A stretch of DNA of 62,027 bases, the filler included. It is 3 parts of 3 records of this genome, joined end to end, with 100 filler letters (N's around TTAATTAATTAA, not from the genome) between each part and the next. Parts side by side here need not be neighbours in the genome. Positions count along the whole stretch, not along the records: positions 1 to 28,738 come from DRR378314_2232; 2 more parts are not named here. One strand, 5' to 3'. The notes under the pieces are model-generated. The model worked only from the letters and a program-made list of their open reading frames with translations, had not been told where the DNA came from and did no database searches. Position numbers and translations under genes: made by a program. The first letter of the stretch is position 1, and each line of letters opens with the position of its first letter. Shown piece after piece: positions 1-10,571 of this stretch.

Positions 1-84
1 GAATCTCATCATACTGATAAACCAATTGTTTTGAGAACCTGAAAAAAGTTCAGGTTGACGGAAACCTAATTTTCAGGCAACCTC
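1..84. repeat. REP-like palindromic element (CGTC-tagged type), partial at contig start
   Basis: 32-60 reads on the minus strand as CGTCAACCTGAACTTTTTTCAGGTTCTC (AACCTGAA/TTCAGGTT hairpin with a GTCA tag); intergenic. Confidence 0.55.
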
Positions 85-190
85 TTTTTATTACCCTTAA
101 CTTTCCTTAAGAGAAATTCCACGCTCTATTTCGTATCTTTAAGTCGCACAAAGGTTGTCGCGTCCAATGAATGCTCCTAATTATCAAAAC

Positions 191-296
191 CGTCAATTCG
201 AGTAAAATTCCAAAGAAATTTTATATCGAGAATCGGTTTTGAGGATTTGAAGTTCTAGTTCTCGATACGATTTTTACAAAATCACTCGAACTGACA
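191..296. repeat. REPIN-like doublet: two inverted GTCA(G/A)TTCGAGT-hairpin-TATCGAGAA units
   Basis: Unit 191-232 and inverted unit 258-296; the whole element resembles the reverse complement of 5781-5887, including the spacer. Confidence 0.85.
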
Positions 297-339
297 CACT
301 TCATTCATATGACATAACAACTTAGATAAAATTAAATGT

Positions 340-2091
340 ATGAGCTACGAATCCAATCCCATACTGGACAAACTGCCGAAGCACCTTAAACAATTCATAA
401 AACCACAAAATTATGAATCCTACACGGCGATCAATCAAGCTGTTTGGCGTTATGTGATGCGCAAAAATGTGGATTACCTCAGCAAAGTCGCCCATAAATC
501 CTATGTGGATGGCCTAAAAAAAACAGGGATTTCCATTGACCACATTCCCAATATGTACGGGATGAACCGCATCCTAAAGGAAATCGGTTGGGCCGCGGTT
601 GCGGTGGATGGCTTTATTCCGCCCTCGGCCTTTATGGAGTTCCAGGCCTACAATGTGCTCGTGATCGCTTCGGACATTCGTCAGCTTGAAAATATTGAAT
701 ACACCCCAGCTCCCGATATTATTCACGAAGGTGCGGGACACGCTCCCATCATTGCCAATCCCGAATACGCGGAATACCTGCGCCGTTTTGGAGAAATTGG
801 TTGCAAGGCGATTTCCAGTGCCAAGGATTACGACCTGTACAATGCGGTGCGACACCTTTCCATCATCAAAGAAGCAAATGGCACCCCACAAAGTGAAATT
901 GACGAAGCCGAAAAACATATAGAACACCTCCAAGAAAATATGGGCGAGCCCAGTGAGATGGCCCTCATCCGAAATCTGCATTGGTGGACCGTGGAATATG
1001 GTTTGATAGGAACGGTGGACAACCCAAAAATTTATGGCGCCGGACTACTGTCCTCCATTGGGGAAAGTACGTGGTGCATGACGGATAAAGTGAAAAAGAT
1101 TCCATACTCCATTGAAGCAGCTCACACGGAGTTTGACATCACCAAACCACAACCACAACTCTTTGTGACTCCAGATTTTGCCTTCTTAAGTCAGGTTTTG
1201 GAAGATTTTGCCAATACCATGGCCGTGCGAACCGGAGGGCTTTCCGGAATTAAAAAATTGATTGGCTCCAAAGCATTGGGCACCATCGAACTGAGCACGG
1301 GACTGCAAATCTCCGGAGAGTTCAGCAATGTGATTGAAAGCGAAGGAAAACCCATATACATTCAGACCACAGGCGGGACAGCTTTAGCCTACCGTGAAAA
1401 AGAATTGGTAGGTCACAGTACGGCTCACCATGCCGATGGTTTTGGTTCCCCGATCGGTAAATTAAAGGGCATCAACATTGCCATTGAAAATATGGGTCCC
1501 CGAGACCTTAAGGCCTATAAAATTTACGAGGGCGAACAAATCGCTTTGGAATTTGAAGGAGGCATCAAAGTGGAGGGAACCATTGTAACGGGCACTCGAA
1601 ACTTAATGGGTGAAATCATTCTCATCACTTTTGAAAATTGCACGGTTACCCACGGTGACAACGTCTTGTTCCAACCAGAATGGGGATTGTACCATATGGC
1701 AGTCGGGCAAAAAATTGTTTCTGCCTATAATGGTCCGGCCGACTTAAACAGTTTCGACCTTATGACACATCAAATTACGGAAAGCACCATCAAATCCAAG
1801 AAAGATGAAAAAAGATTGGAGTTGGAGCGGTATTATGAGCAAATCAGGCATTATAGAGAAGGAAAAAACACTACGGTTTCCAGAACCAAAGTATTCCAGG
1901 CCCTAAAAAAAGATCATCCGAAAGACTGGTTATTGCCAGTGGAGTTGTACGAACTTGCCAAACAAGACAACAACCAAGAATTTCAACAGGAGATTTTGCA
2001 ACACTTGGAAAACATAAAACGGGACAACCCCAAGGTGGGTCATCTGATTGATGATGGTCTACAACTGGTCGACACTACCTTGGTTAGCTAA
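340..2091 (+). CDS. phhA: Aromatic amino acid hydroxylase (phenylalanine 4-monooxygenase, long form)
   Basis: 583-aa ORF; YTPAPDIIHEGAGHAP iron-binding motif, WWTVEYGL, IYGAGLLSSIGE; about 290-aa C-terminal extension. Confidence 0.9.
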   Translation: MSYESNPILDKLPKHLKQFIKPQNYESYTAINQAVWRYVMRKNVDYLSKVAHKSYVDGLKKTGISIDHIPNMYGMNRILKEIGWAAVAVDGFIPPSAFMEFQAYNVLVIASDIRQLENIEYTPAPDIIHEGAGHAPIIANPEYAEYLRRFGEIGCKAISSAKDYDLYNAVRHLSIIKEANGTPQSEIDEAEKHIEHLQENMGEPSEMALIRNLHWWTVEYGLIGTVDNPKIYGAGLLSSIGESTWCMTDKVKKIPYSIEAAHTEFDITKPQPQLFVTPDFAFLSQVLEDFANTMAVRTGGLSGIKKLIGSKALGTIELSTGLQISGEFSNVIESEGKPIYIQTTGGTALAYREKELVGHSTAHHADGFGSPIGKLKGINIAIENMGPRDLKAYKIYEGEQIALEFEGGIKVEGTIVTGTRNLMGEIILITFENCTVTHGDNVLFQPEWGLYHMAVGQKIVSAYNGPADLNSFDLMTHQITESTIKSKKDEKRLELERYYEQIRHYREGKNTTVSRTKVFQALKKDHPKDWLLPVELYELAKQDNNQEFQQEILQHLENIKRDNPKVGHLIDDGLQLVDTTLVS

Positions 2092-3771
2092 AAACCCAAC
2101 TTTTTCAATATTCCTTGCAGTAGGCTTCAATTGTGGTATTGCGGCTTTGGTCACAGGATAAAAAGAAATGTTGAGTTCTTCACCATTTCTTCTTAGCCCC
2201 AACTCCACTTGGCGCTCAATATTGCCTTGCCAAATACTTCGAGAAAATACTTCGTCACCTGCGCGAACACCAGCTTCCCAAGCTTTACCGCCCTCGGCTA
2301 CACTCGCGATTTCTTTACGGTCCTCGGTAAATTCAAAACCCAGCTCGTAAACATCACTTTCGGCACTGTATTCCAAACCAAGTTCTTCAAATAGGGTTGT
2401 CAAATCGATTTTTTGGCCATCCTCGATATATTTTTTGAAAACCACATCAAAACCTTCATCCCAATAGGAATTCATCACTTCGATAAAATACGCATGAGTC
2501 AGCTTTTGACCCTTGGTGGTCGCATCGGCATAAATTTGATGCATCACATCATCCAAACTTTGTGTGCCGTCACTTGCCTTTAGAATTTTTTCATCCAAAT
2601 AAAATGCGAAAATCGTGCCCCGCCAATAAGGGAGTTTGGAGTATTCGTAGTTGGTCCAAAAATTATCATAATTGATTTCGGCATTGGGAGCCTCCCCTAC
2701 CGATGAAGTATATAGGTCACGAATGGTTCGGTTGAATTCATCAATAAAATAATCCCCGTCAAAACCATTGATTTTGTTCTTCGCAATGTTTTTGTAGGTG
2801 TAATATTCCGTAAATCCTTCACTGAACCAATATTGCTCCTCTTCGTTCTCATTTTTGATGGTATGCCCTATCCAATTGTGCATCAATTCGTGGTTGAAGA
2901 GATATACCAACTGTCCAATATCCGTTAAATCGTTATTGGAAACCGAAGTGGCAAAAGAATTGGTGAGTCCGGTCCCTTGAAAACTGCTCCCGTTTTCTTG
3001 CGGAAAGGGCTGCATCGTCACGGTAAAGTATTTCTGGGAATGGTCGTTCCAAAAATTTCGTTGATAGGTCAATGTTTCCTTCAAAACGTCGAAAACATCT
3101 TTATCCCTGAACGGAATCCATTCGCCACGCGTGGCCAAACTGATTTGATTGCCTTGGATATCGCCATTTAAGACTCTGAAATCACCTCCAACAAAAATGG
3201 CGCTTCCAAAAAGCTCTAGGTCCATCCCCTCTAACAATTGTACTTTTTCTTGACTCGAAAAACTGTTATGAATGGTGTATTCCTCTGGAAAAGCAGACCA
3301 ATCCAGAACAATGTCCAAATTCTCTTCCGTATTTTCGGGCACCATAAACATATTATGCGAAAACAGATGGAAATACTGTTTGCTGATAATAGGGCGGTAA
3401 ATTTTGCTGGTTGAAATTTCACCGTCAAAATCTTGTTTTAAGAAATACTCAAATTCCAGTTCTTTCACACCTTTTGGATGCATAAGTACGATCCGGCTGC
3501 TATCCGCGTCTTTTTCAACAACCCCCTCAACATTCAATAATTGCATTTTACCCAACGATTTAAAGAGGTCTTCCTGTCCCCACGCATCATTCGGAAACGA
3601 AAGGGTTGTCGTACCATCGGAATCGGCATCCAAGGTCATTTTGATTTTAAGTTGTGGGATGCTGTCGACCACTACGGGAGAAATCTCATAACTGATATCC
3701 GATTCGGGTTGTTGCTGACAGGAAAATAAAAATATGGCTAAAAGGGCGGTTAGCAGTACTCTTTTAAACAT
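2059..3771 (-). CDS. M61-like zinc metallopeptidase lipoprotein with PDZ-like C-terminus
   Basis: Lipobox LFSC; HELMH (HExxH) plus WFSEGFTEY; AWEAGVRAGD PDZ-like segment. Confidence 0.75.
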   Translation of the reverse strand: MFKRVLLTALLAIFLFSCQQQPESDISYEISPVVVDSIPQLKIKMTLDADSDGTTTLSFPNDAWGQEDLFKSLGKMQLLNVEGVVEKDADSSRIVLMHPKGVKELEFEYFLKQDFDGEISTSKIYRPIISKQYFHLFSHNMFMVPENTEENLDIVLDWSAFPEEYTIHNSFSSQEKVQLLEGMDLELFGSAIFVGGDFRVLNGDIQGNQISLATRGEWIPFRDKDVFDVLKETLTYQRNFWNDHSQKYFTVTMQPFPQENGSSFQGTGLTNSFATSVSNNDLTDIGQLVYLFNHELMHNWIGHTIKNENEEEQYWFSEGFTEYYTYKNIAKNKINGFDGDYFIDEFNRTIRDLYTSSVGEAPNAEINYDNFWTNYEYSKLPYWRGTIFAFYLDEKILKASDGTQSLDDVMHQIYADATTKGQKLTHAYFIEVMNSYWDEGFDVVFKKYIEDGQKIDLTTLFEELGLEYSAESDVYELGFEFTEDRKEIASVAEGGKAWEAGVRAGDEVFSRSIWQGNIERQVELGLRRNGEELNISFYPVTKAAIPQLKPTARNIEKVGFLANQGSVDQL

Positions 3772-3826
3772 GGTTTTGATTGATTGATGTACCTAATAGA
3801 CGCATCAAACGGCAAAATGTGACAGC

Positions 3827-4441
3827 TTAATCCAAAAAAGTTTTTAACTGCTCCGTGTTTTCCAAGGGAATATCGTTGTAAACCAAAGTCCAGCCCATCG
3901 TATGGGTCAATACCAAAATCCGTGAAAGTTCACTGACCAAGCGATTTTCTGCATTGGAACGCAGTGAGGAAGCCTCTATTTTTTTCATTAAAGAAGCGTT
4001 TACATTTCTTTTGATGGCATTGTAGTCACCTGCATTAAAGGGGTTCAGGTAATCTGCGGTAACATCGTAGTACTCAAAATCGGGACTTATTTTTATTTCC
4101 GGTTCGGGAATCCGTGTGATTGTGAGCACTTTGTTTTTCTCATCAACCTCATAATTAATTTTGGATAGATCATAAGCAATGGACACATCAGCATTGACCA
4201 CCACCAATGCCTTTTTGTATGCCGTAACCAACGGACCGAACAGTTCTTTGGAATCTTTGTAATTGTACACCTCGGCAAAATGACCTTCGGTAACCACCAA
4301 CTTGGATACATTTCGTAATTCCTGTTGAATCAACATGGAACTTTCTTCCAGAATTGATTTTTGTTCACGGTCATCCGTGCACGATTTATAGATCAAAACC
4401 CAAGCCAAGGCCAATACCGCTCCAAATAACACTTTCTTCAT
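3827..4441 (-). CDS. DUF4230-like membrane-anchored protein
   Basis: N-terminal TM from MKKVLFG (probable start 4441); KLVVTE / VSIAYDLS pattern. Confidence 0.65.
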   Translation of the reverse strand: MKKVLFGAVLALAWVLIYKSCTDDREQKSILEESSMLIQQELRNVSKLVVTEGHFAEVYNYKDSKELFGPLVTAYKKALVVVNADVSIAYDLSKINYEVDEKNKVLTITRIPEPEIKISPDFEYYDVTADYLNPFNAGDYNAIKRNVNASLMKKIEASSLRSNAENRLVSELSRILVLTHTMGWTLVYNDIPLENTEQLKTFLD

Positions 4442-4604
4442 AAAGAACTCATCTTGAATTGTCCATATTCGCTGCAAATTTATCTTTTATCTCCATTCTT
4501 CGTCTTTTTAATCCTTCCGTAGCCCTGCTATGCAACTCAAAAAATCCTTCAACTGGGCTCAAAATCTTAAATTCTCGCTTGAATCTCACAGTTCAACACG
4601 AGTT

Positions 4605-5564
4605 CTATTCAAATTTCATGAAAGGATACCTTTCTTGAAGATACGTAATTTTTGTACCGAGCGATGTCTTGAACTTTTGATGCGCTTCGGAATCGGGGTT
4701 AAAGGGTCGGTGCAGCAAGCCTTTTTGAACGGTATCCACTTCATCCATTACAGCGAAAGCATTTTCCGAAATCCAAACGGATTTGAAGCGATTCCAGATG
4801 TAATCAATGGCCAATTCGTTAGGATGCACCATATCTTTCCCGTAAAAGCGATAATCACGGAGTTCATCCATCATAATTTCATAGGATGGAAAGTAGGACA
4901 GTTCTCTCGACTGCGCTCGAGATGACAAAACGGAATGTATCGCAGTAATCAAATGCGCCTTGCTTCGTTGGTTTTCCACAAAACCATCTTTTAAATGACG
5001 AACAGGTGAAATCGTGAAGATGACCTGTGCTTTGGGATTCACTTTTTGAATCAATGTCAGCACATTTTGAAGACTGACTTCAATGTCTGCAACGCTCAAT
5101 AATTTTTTAGTGAATTCCTTCTGCGGAACCTTATGGCAATTGGCTACTGTTTTTCCTGAAGCCTGCTGCTCATAAACCCAAGCCGTTCCCAAGGTGATGA
5201 TAATGTGGGAAGAAGTTTCCAGATTTGTTTTGGTTTCTTTCAACCTTTGGTTGAGCAGTTTCAACAATGCTTCGGGATTATCGGAACGCAATTCGGAATG
5301 GGCATCAAAACAACGCCAGACACCCTCTTGTTCTAAAATCTCGTCTTGCTGATACGTTTTTCCGGCAATGGCTCTTTGCGCCAAATTTTCAATGGCCAAA
5401 GGATGAAACAATATCCCAAAGGGATTTTGTAGTTGCTGGAACCTGAAGTATTCCAGCTTCGCGCCTATATTTTCAACAAAACAAGACCCCAAAAGCACCA
5501 ACTTGCTTTGATAATCGATGGGATTATCGCTGGGTGTTAAAGGTATCTTGGTTTGTAGTTCCAT
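4605..5564 (-). CDS. GSCFA-domain (SGNH hydrolase-like) protein
   Basis: LGSCFVENIG, ITLGTAW, TISPVRH, YFPSYE, DMVHP motifs; start moved to MELQTK (5564) because the ORF-track extension runs through repeats. Confidence 0.85.
   Translation of the reverse strand: MELQTKIPLTPSDNPIDYQSKLVLLGSCFVENIGAKLEYFRFQQLQNPFGILFHPLAIENLAQRAIAGKTYQQDEILEQEGVWRCFDAHSELRSDNPEALLKLLNQRLKETKTNLETSSHIIITLGTAWVYEQQASGKTVANCHKVPQKEFTKKLLSVADIEVSLQNVLTLIQKVNPKAQVIFTISPVRHLKDGFVENQRSKAHLITAIHSVLSSRAQSRELSYFPSYEIMMDELRDYRFYGKDMVHPNELAIDYIWNRFKSVWISENAFAVMDEVDTVQKGLLHRPFNPDSEAHQKFKTSLGTKITYLQERYPFMKFE
4904..4927 (-). repeat. REP-like unit inside the GSCFA coding frame
   Basis: TGTCATCTCGAGCGCAGTCGAGAG encodes LSSRAQSRE; close relative of intergenic TGTCACCCTGAGCGCAGTCGAAGG at 5708-5731. 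Confidence 0.75.
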
Positions 5565-5578
5565 TTGTTCGGCTAAAA

Positions 5579-5887
5579 TGTCAGTTCGAGCGCGGTTAAG
5601 TATTAAAAATGCAAGTTCAAATCCATTACAATTGAAATTCGTCAGTTCGAGTCCCGAAAGCTTTCGGGAAGAACCAGACATTATTTTATAATCAAATCTC
5701 GATGACTCCTTCGACTGCGCTCAGGGTGACATCTCAATGTAAAATCTTAGTTAATGCCCTATTTCAATATGATTGAAATTTGTCAGTTCGAGTGATTTTT
5801 GTTTCAAAAATCATATCGAGAACCAGAATTTCAAGTCAAAGCCCAATTCTCGATACGAAATTCCTCTGGAATTTCAATCGAATTGAC
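5579..5887. repeat. Cluster of REP-like elements between alaS and the GSCFA gene
   Basis: GTCAGTTCGAG heads at 5580, 5641, 5782; perfect palindrome TCCCGAAAGCTTTCGGGA at 5652-5669; second family at 5708-5731; full doublet at 5781-5887. Confidence 0.85.
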
Positions 5888-5921
5888 TGCTTTTGGCATA
5901 TGAAACCTCCAGTACTACAAG

Positions 5922-8534
5922 TTATTTAATATATGCTCTTACATTATTGAGCGCATCGGAAATCCCAGCAGGATTCTTACCTCCAGCAGTCGCAAAGAAC
6001 GGTTGTCCACCGCCACCACCCTGGATGTATTTGCCTAGTTCACGGACGATGGTTCCGGCATTTAGGTCTTTTTCGGCCACCAAATCCTTAGAGATATAGC
6101 AGGACAATATGGCCTTGCCATCTTTTTCCGAAGCCAAAAACAGGAACAAGTTATCCACTTGACCGCCCATTTCAAAGGCCAAATCCTTGATGCCGCCAGC
6201 ATCCAAATCCACTTTTTTGGCCAAAAATTGGATCCCGTTTACATTTTCCAGTTCCGCGATCAACTCATTCTTGAGTCCTTTGGCTTTATCCTTCAGCAAT
6301 TGCTCTACTTGCTTTTTCAGGACAAGGTTTTCTTCCTGCAGACTGGCAACCGATTTTACAGGGTCTTGCGAATTTTTCAACATATCCTTAATCTCAAAAA
6401 GCATTCGGTTATTGTTGAAATAAAATTCTTTTACCGCATCCGAAGTAATCGCCTCGATTCTTCGGATTCCGGCAGCAACAGCTCCTTCGGAAACGATTTT
6501 AAAATGCCAGATATCGGCTGTGTTTTTTACGTGCGTTCCGCCACAAAGCTCAATGGATTGTCCAAAACGGATGGTACGGACAGTATCTCCGTATTTTTCC
6601 CCAAAAAGCGCCATTGCACCTTGCTCCATCGCCTCTTTCATCGGGACATTACGGCTTTCTTCCAAAGGAAGGTGCCCATCAATCCGTGCATTGACGAAAT
6701 TCTCAACTTTCCTGAGCTCTTCTGTAGTCAACTTGGAAAAGTGGGAGAAATCAAAACGTAAATATTTGGAATGTACCGCAGAACCTTTTTGTTCCACGTG
6801 AGTGCCCAACACCTCGCGCAAAGCTTGGTGCAACAAGTGCGTAGCAGTATGGTTGCACGCAGTTCTCCAACGCTGCTTTTCGTCCACCACCGCTTTAAAA
6901 GAACCTGAAACATCTTTTGGCAACGACTTGGCAAAATGAACAATTTCGTTGTTCTCACGTTTGGTGTCCACAATATAGGTTACATCACCATTAGGAGCCT
7001 CTAGATAACCTTTATCCCCAACCTGACCACCTCCTTCGGCATAAAACGGGGTAAGATTGAACACCAATTGATATTGGTCGCCTTCTTTTTTACTGGTCAC
7101 TTTTCGGTATTTTACCAACTTCACCTCAGCTTTGAGACTATCATAACCAATAAATTCCTGCTCCGTATCGGTCATCAATATGTTCCAATCGTCTTTGGAA
7201 ACTTCAGAAGCTGCTCTGGAGCGGTCTTTCTGTGCTTTCAAGGCTTTTTCAAACCCCTTGGTATCCAATTGATAGCCTTTCTCTTCCAAAATCAAGGCAG
7301 TCAAATCTATCGGGAAACCAAAAGTATCGTACAATTCAAAGGCTTTTTCACCTTCAATAGTTTTGTCCTTGGATGACTTTATCACAGAATCCAACAACAC
7401 CAACCCTTGCTCCAAAGTGCTCAAGAAAGAACTTTCCTCTTCTTTGATCACGTTTTCTATCAACTGATATTGTTCCTTCAACTCTGGGAAGGCTTTGCCC
7501 ATTTGTTCGCTCAACACCTTTACCAATCTGTAAATAAAGGGTTTGTTGGTATCCAAAAAGGTGAATCCGTAGCGAATGGCACGGCGTAAAATCCTTCGGA
7601 TGACATAACCGGCACCTGTGTTGCTCGGCAGTTGTCCATCGGCAATGGAAAAGGCAACAGCTCGAACATGGTCAGAAATAACACGGATAGCAATATCGGT
7701 TTCTTCGTTGGTGCCATATTTTTTTCCCGTGATGATTTCCACCTCACGAATAAGCGGGGTAAAAACATCGGTATCGTAATTGGATTGCACCCCTTGAAGC
7801 ACCATGCAGAGGCGTTCAAAGCCCATTCCTGTATCGATATGCTTTTCGGGGAGTGGTTCCAGACTTCCGTTGGCCTTGCGATTAAACTGCATAAAAACCA
7901 AGTTCCATATTTCCACTACTTGCGGGTGGTCTTGGTTCACCAAGGAAGCACCGTCCATTTTTTCTTTGTCCTCCTTAGATCGAATATCCACATGGATTTC
8001 CGAACAGGGTCCGCAAGGGCCTTGATCGCCCATTTCCCAAAAATTGTCTTTTTTATTCCCTTTTATGATTCGGTCTTCGGGCACAATCGCCTTCCACAAA
8101 TCGTAGGCTTCTTGATCAAGCGGTAAATTATCCTCTTCGCTTCCTTCAAAAACCGAAACATAAAGACTGTCCTTATCTATTTTGAAAACCTCGGTAAGCA
8201 ATTCCCAAGACCATGCAATGGCTTCCTTCTTAAAATAGTCCCCAATGCTCCAGTTCCCCAACATTTCGAACATCGTATGGTGGTAGGTATCCTTCCCCAC
8301 TTCTTCCAAATCGTTGTGCTTTCCGCTAACCCGGAGGCATTTTTGAGAATCGGTGAGCCGTTTGCTCTTTGGAACGGAATTCCCTAAAAAGTATTCCTTA
8401 AACTGGTTCATGCCCGCATTGGTGAACATCAAGGTCGGGTCGTCCTTCATCACCATGGGAGCGGATGGTACAATTTTGTGGTTCTTTTCTTTAAAAAAGT
8501 TTAAAAACTGGTTTCTAACTTCTTGGGATGTCAT
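5922..8534 (-). CDS. alaS: Alanine--tRNA ligase
   Basis: 870 aa; [52 protein letters not shown]1 tail. Confidence 0.98.
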   Translation of the reverse strand: MTSQEVRNQFLNFFKEKNHKIVPSAPMVMKDDPTLMFTNAGMNQFKEYFLGNSVPKSKRLTDSQKCLRVSGKHNDLEEVGKDTYHHTMFEMLGNWSIGDYFKKEAIAWSWELLTEVFKIDKDSLYVSVFEGSEEDNLPLDQEAYDLWKAIVPEDRIIKGNKKDNFWEMGDQGPCGPCSEIHVDIRSKEDKEKMDGASLVNQDHPQVVEIWNLVFMQFNRKANGSLEPLPEKHIDTGMGFERLCMVLQGVQSNYDTDVFTPLIREVEIITGKKYGTNEETDIAIRVISDHVRAVAFSIADGQLPSNTGAGYVIRRILRRAIRYGFTFLDTNKPFIYRLVKVLSEQMGKAFPELKEQYQLIENVIKEEESSFLSTLEQGLVLLDSVIKSSKDKTIEGEKAFELYDTFGFPIDLTALILEEKGYQLDTKGFEKALKAQKDRSRAASEVSKDDWNILMTDTEQEFIGYDSLKAEVKLVKYRKVTSKKEGDQYQLVFNLTPFYAEGGGQVGDKGYLEAPNGDVTYIVDTKRENNEIVHFAKSLPKDVSGSFKAVVDEKQRWRTACNHTATHLLHQALREVLGTHVEQKGSAVHSKYLRFDFSHFSKLTTEELRKVENFVNARIDGHLPLEESRNVPMKEAMEQGAMALFGEKYGDTVRTIRFGQSIELCGGTHVKNTADIWHFKIVSEGAVAAGIRRIEAITSDAVKEFYFNNNRMLFEIKDMLKNSQDPVKSVASLQEENLVLKKQVEQLLKDKAKGLKNELIAELENVNGIQFLAKKVDLDAGGIKDLAFEMGGQVDNLFLFLASEKDGKAILSCYISKDLVAEKDLNAGTIVRELGKYIQGGGGGQPFFATAGGKNPAGISDALNNVRAYIK

Positions 8535-8583
8535 TGAATTCCTAGGGTTTTCTTAAATTTAACACTTTAAGCAAAACAATTTT

Positions 8584-8591
8584 TATATTTG
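8584..8591 (+). promoter_or_regulatory. Bacteroidota sigma-70 -7 element (TAnnTTTG)
   Basis: TATATTTG about 48 nt upstream of the M23 gene start. Confidence 0.5.
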
Positions 8592-8638
8592 TTTGTTCTG
8601 ATTAAAATGAGTGAGCAAAAATAGGATAAAATCCATTC

Positions 8639-9616
8639 ATGTCTAAAGTAAAGTACTATTACGATCCGGATACACTTTCGTACAGAAAGATAGAACCGAA
8701 GAAATCCAAAAGATACAGGAATATTTTCCTGTTCTTGCTCGGCTCTGCGCTATTCGGTTTTATTGGATTGATTATTCTTTTGAATACCCGTTGGGTCAAC
8801 ACTCCCAAAGAACTTTCCTTGGAACGTGAGGTTCGGAACTACGAACTGCAATATGATATCCTGAGTCGAAAAATGGACCAAATGGAACAGGTTTTGGCCA
8901 ACATTGAAGACAGGGACAACAATATTTACAGATTATATTTTGAAGCGAACCCGATACCCGAAGAGCAGCGAAGAGCTGGTTTTGGAGGGGTCAACCGCTA
9001 CAAAGACCTGGAGGGCTTCAACAACTCTGAAATTATTATCGATGCCACCAAACGGTTGGACATTATTCAAAAAGAAATGGTGATACAATCCAAATCCTTG
9101 GACGAAATTGCCAAACTGGCGGAAGAAAAGGAGAAATTATTGGCTTCCATTCCGGCCATACAACCTGTTAGCAACGAGGACCTTACCCGAATGGCCTCTG
9201 GTTACGGTTGGCGATCCGATCCATTTACCAAAGCTCGAAAAATGCACTGGGGAATGGATTTTACAGCACCACGAGGCACTCCGATCTATGCCACTGGGGA
9301 TGGAAAAGTGGTCCGTGCCGACAATAGATCTTCAGGTTACGGAAAGCACGTTCGTATCGACCATGGTTATGGCTATATTTCCTTGTACGGACATATGAGC
9401 AAATATAATGTTACCGTAGGTCAAAAAGTAAAACGAGGCGATCTTATCGGTTTTGTCGGCAGCACGGGGCGTTCCCAAGCACCGCACGTGCACTACGAGG
9501 TCTTCAAGGACGGGGAGCGCATCAACCCCATTAACTTCTACTATGGAAGTTTATCGGCTGAAGAATTTGAGAATATGCTCAGGTTGGCCAATCAAGAGAA
9601 TCAATCGCTGGATTAA
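8639..9616 (+). CDS. M23 family metallopeptidase
   Basis: N-terminal TM plus coiled coil; HWGMD (HxxxD) and PHVHYEV (HxH) motifs. Confidence 0.92.
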   Translation: MSKVKYYYDPDTLSYRKIEPKKSKRYRNIFLFLLGSALFGFIGLIILLNTRWVNTPKELSLEREVRNYELQYDILSRKMDQMEQVLANIEDRDNNIYRLYFEANPIPEEQRRAGFGGVNRYKDLEGFNNSEIIIDATKRLDIIQKEMVIQSKSLDEIAKLAEEKEKLLASIPAIQPVSNEDLTRMASGYGWRSDPFTKARKMHWGMDFTAPRGTPIYATGDGKVVRADNRSSGYGKHVRIDHGYGYISLYGHMSKYNVTVGQKVKRGDLIGFVGSTGRSQAPHVHYEVFKDGERINPINFYYGSLSAEEFENMLRLANQENQSLD

Positions 9617-9945
9617 TGCACGTAGATCTGCCCGAAAAAAGATATTATGGCATTGGAGAAGTCGCCAAGGCCTTTGGGGTGAACACCTCCCTGATTCGTT
9701 TTTGGGAAAAAGAGTTTGATGTGCTCCAGCCCAAAAAGAATGCCAAGGGCAATCGCAAGTTTACGCCTCAGGATATTCAAAACCTTCAATTGATCTATCA
9801 TTTGGTGAAGGAACGCGGATTTACGTTGGAAGGTGCCAAAATCCATCTGAAAGAGGAAAAACAAAAAGCCCTTTCCAATTTTGAGGTGATTCAAAAACTG
9901 CAAAAAGTGAAAGCTGAGCTTCTGAAAATAAAAGAACAACTATAA
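9616..9945 (+). CDS. MerR family transcriptional regulator
   Basis: YGIGEVAKAFGVNTSLIRFWEKEF HTH; TAATG coupling to the M23 gene. Confidence 0.9.
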   Translation: MHVDLPEKRYYGIGEVAKAFGVNTSLIRFWEKEFDVLQPKKNAKGNRKFTPQDIQNLQLIYHLVKERGFTLEGAKIHLKEEKQKALSNFEVIQKLQKVKAELLKIKEQL

Positions 9946-9968
9946 ACAAACACTAATACTACAGGAAA

Positions 9969-10568
9969 ATGAAAAAATGGTTAATACCACTAATAATTGT
10001 TGTCATCATTGCCTTTGGTCTCTACCAATGGGCAGTTAGCTTCAACAATACAGCCGTGCAATATGAAGCCGATGCCAAAACAGCTTGGGCCAATGTGGAA
10101 AGCTCTTACCAAAGAAGAAACGACCTCATCGGTAATTTGGTGAAAACCGTTCAAGGTGCTGCCGATTTTGAAAGAGGTACTCTGACCGATGTTATCGAGG
10201 CGCGCGCCAAAGCGACATCCACCAATATTGATGCAAACAATATTTCTCCGGAACAATTGGCCGAATTTCAACAAGCCCAAACCGGGTTGTCCTCTGCCCT
10301 TTCCAGATTATTGGTTACGGTAGAACGGTATCCCGAATTAAAGGCCAATCAAAACTTTTTGGAACTGCAATCACAGTTGGAGGGTACCGAAAATAGAATC
10401 AATGTAGCACGGGACAGATACAACGAATCTGTAAACATTTATGATGTTCACATCTCAAAATTCCCGAACAAAATACTTGCCGGCTGGTTTGGTTTTGAGG
10501 AAATGCCCAGATACTCAGCTGATCCAGGTTCCGAAAATGCTCCTGATGTGAACTTCGAATTTGATTAA
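9969..10568 (+). CDS. lemA: LemA family protein
   Basis: N-terminal TM; YQRRNDLI, ERYPELKANQNFLELQSQLEGTENRI. Confidence 0.93.
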   Translation: MKKWLIPLIIVVIIAFGLYQWAVSFNNTAVQYEADAKTAWANVESSYQRRNDLIGNLVKTVQGAADFERGTLTDVIEARAKATSTNIDANNISPEQLAEFQQAQTGLSSALSRLLVTVERYPELKANQNFLELQSQLEGTENRINVARDRYNESVNIYDVHISKFPNKILAGWFGFEEMPRYSADPGSENAPDVNFEFD

Positions 10569-10571
10569 ATT

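Noticed and set aside
5565..5681. N-terminal extension of the GSCFA ORF
   Set aside because: Translates repeat DNA; the recognisable domain starts at Met 5564
5579..5887. CRISPR array
   Set aside because: Units vary in sequence, orientation and spacing; no cas genes; better explained as REP-like repeats
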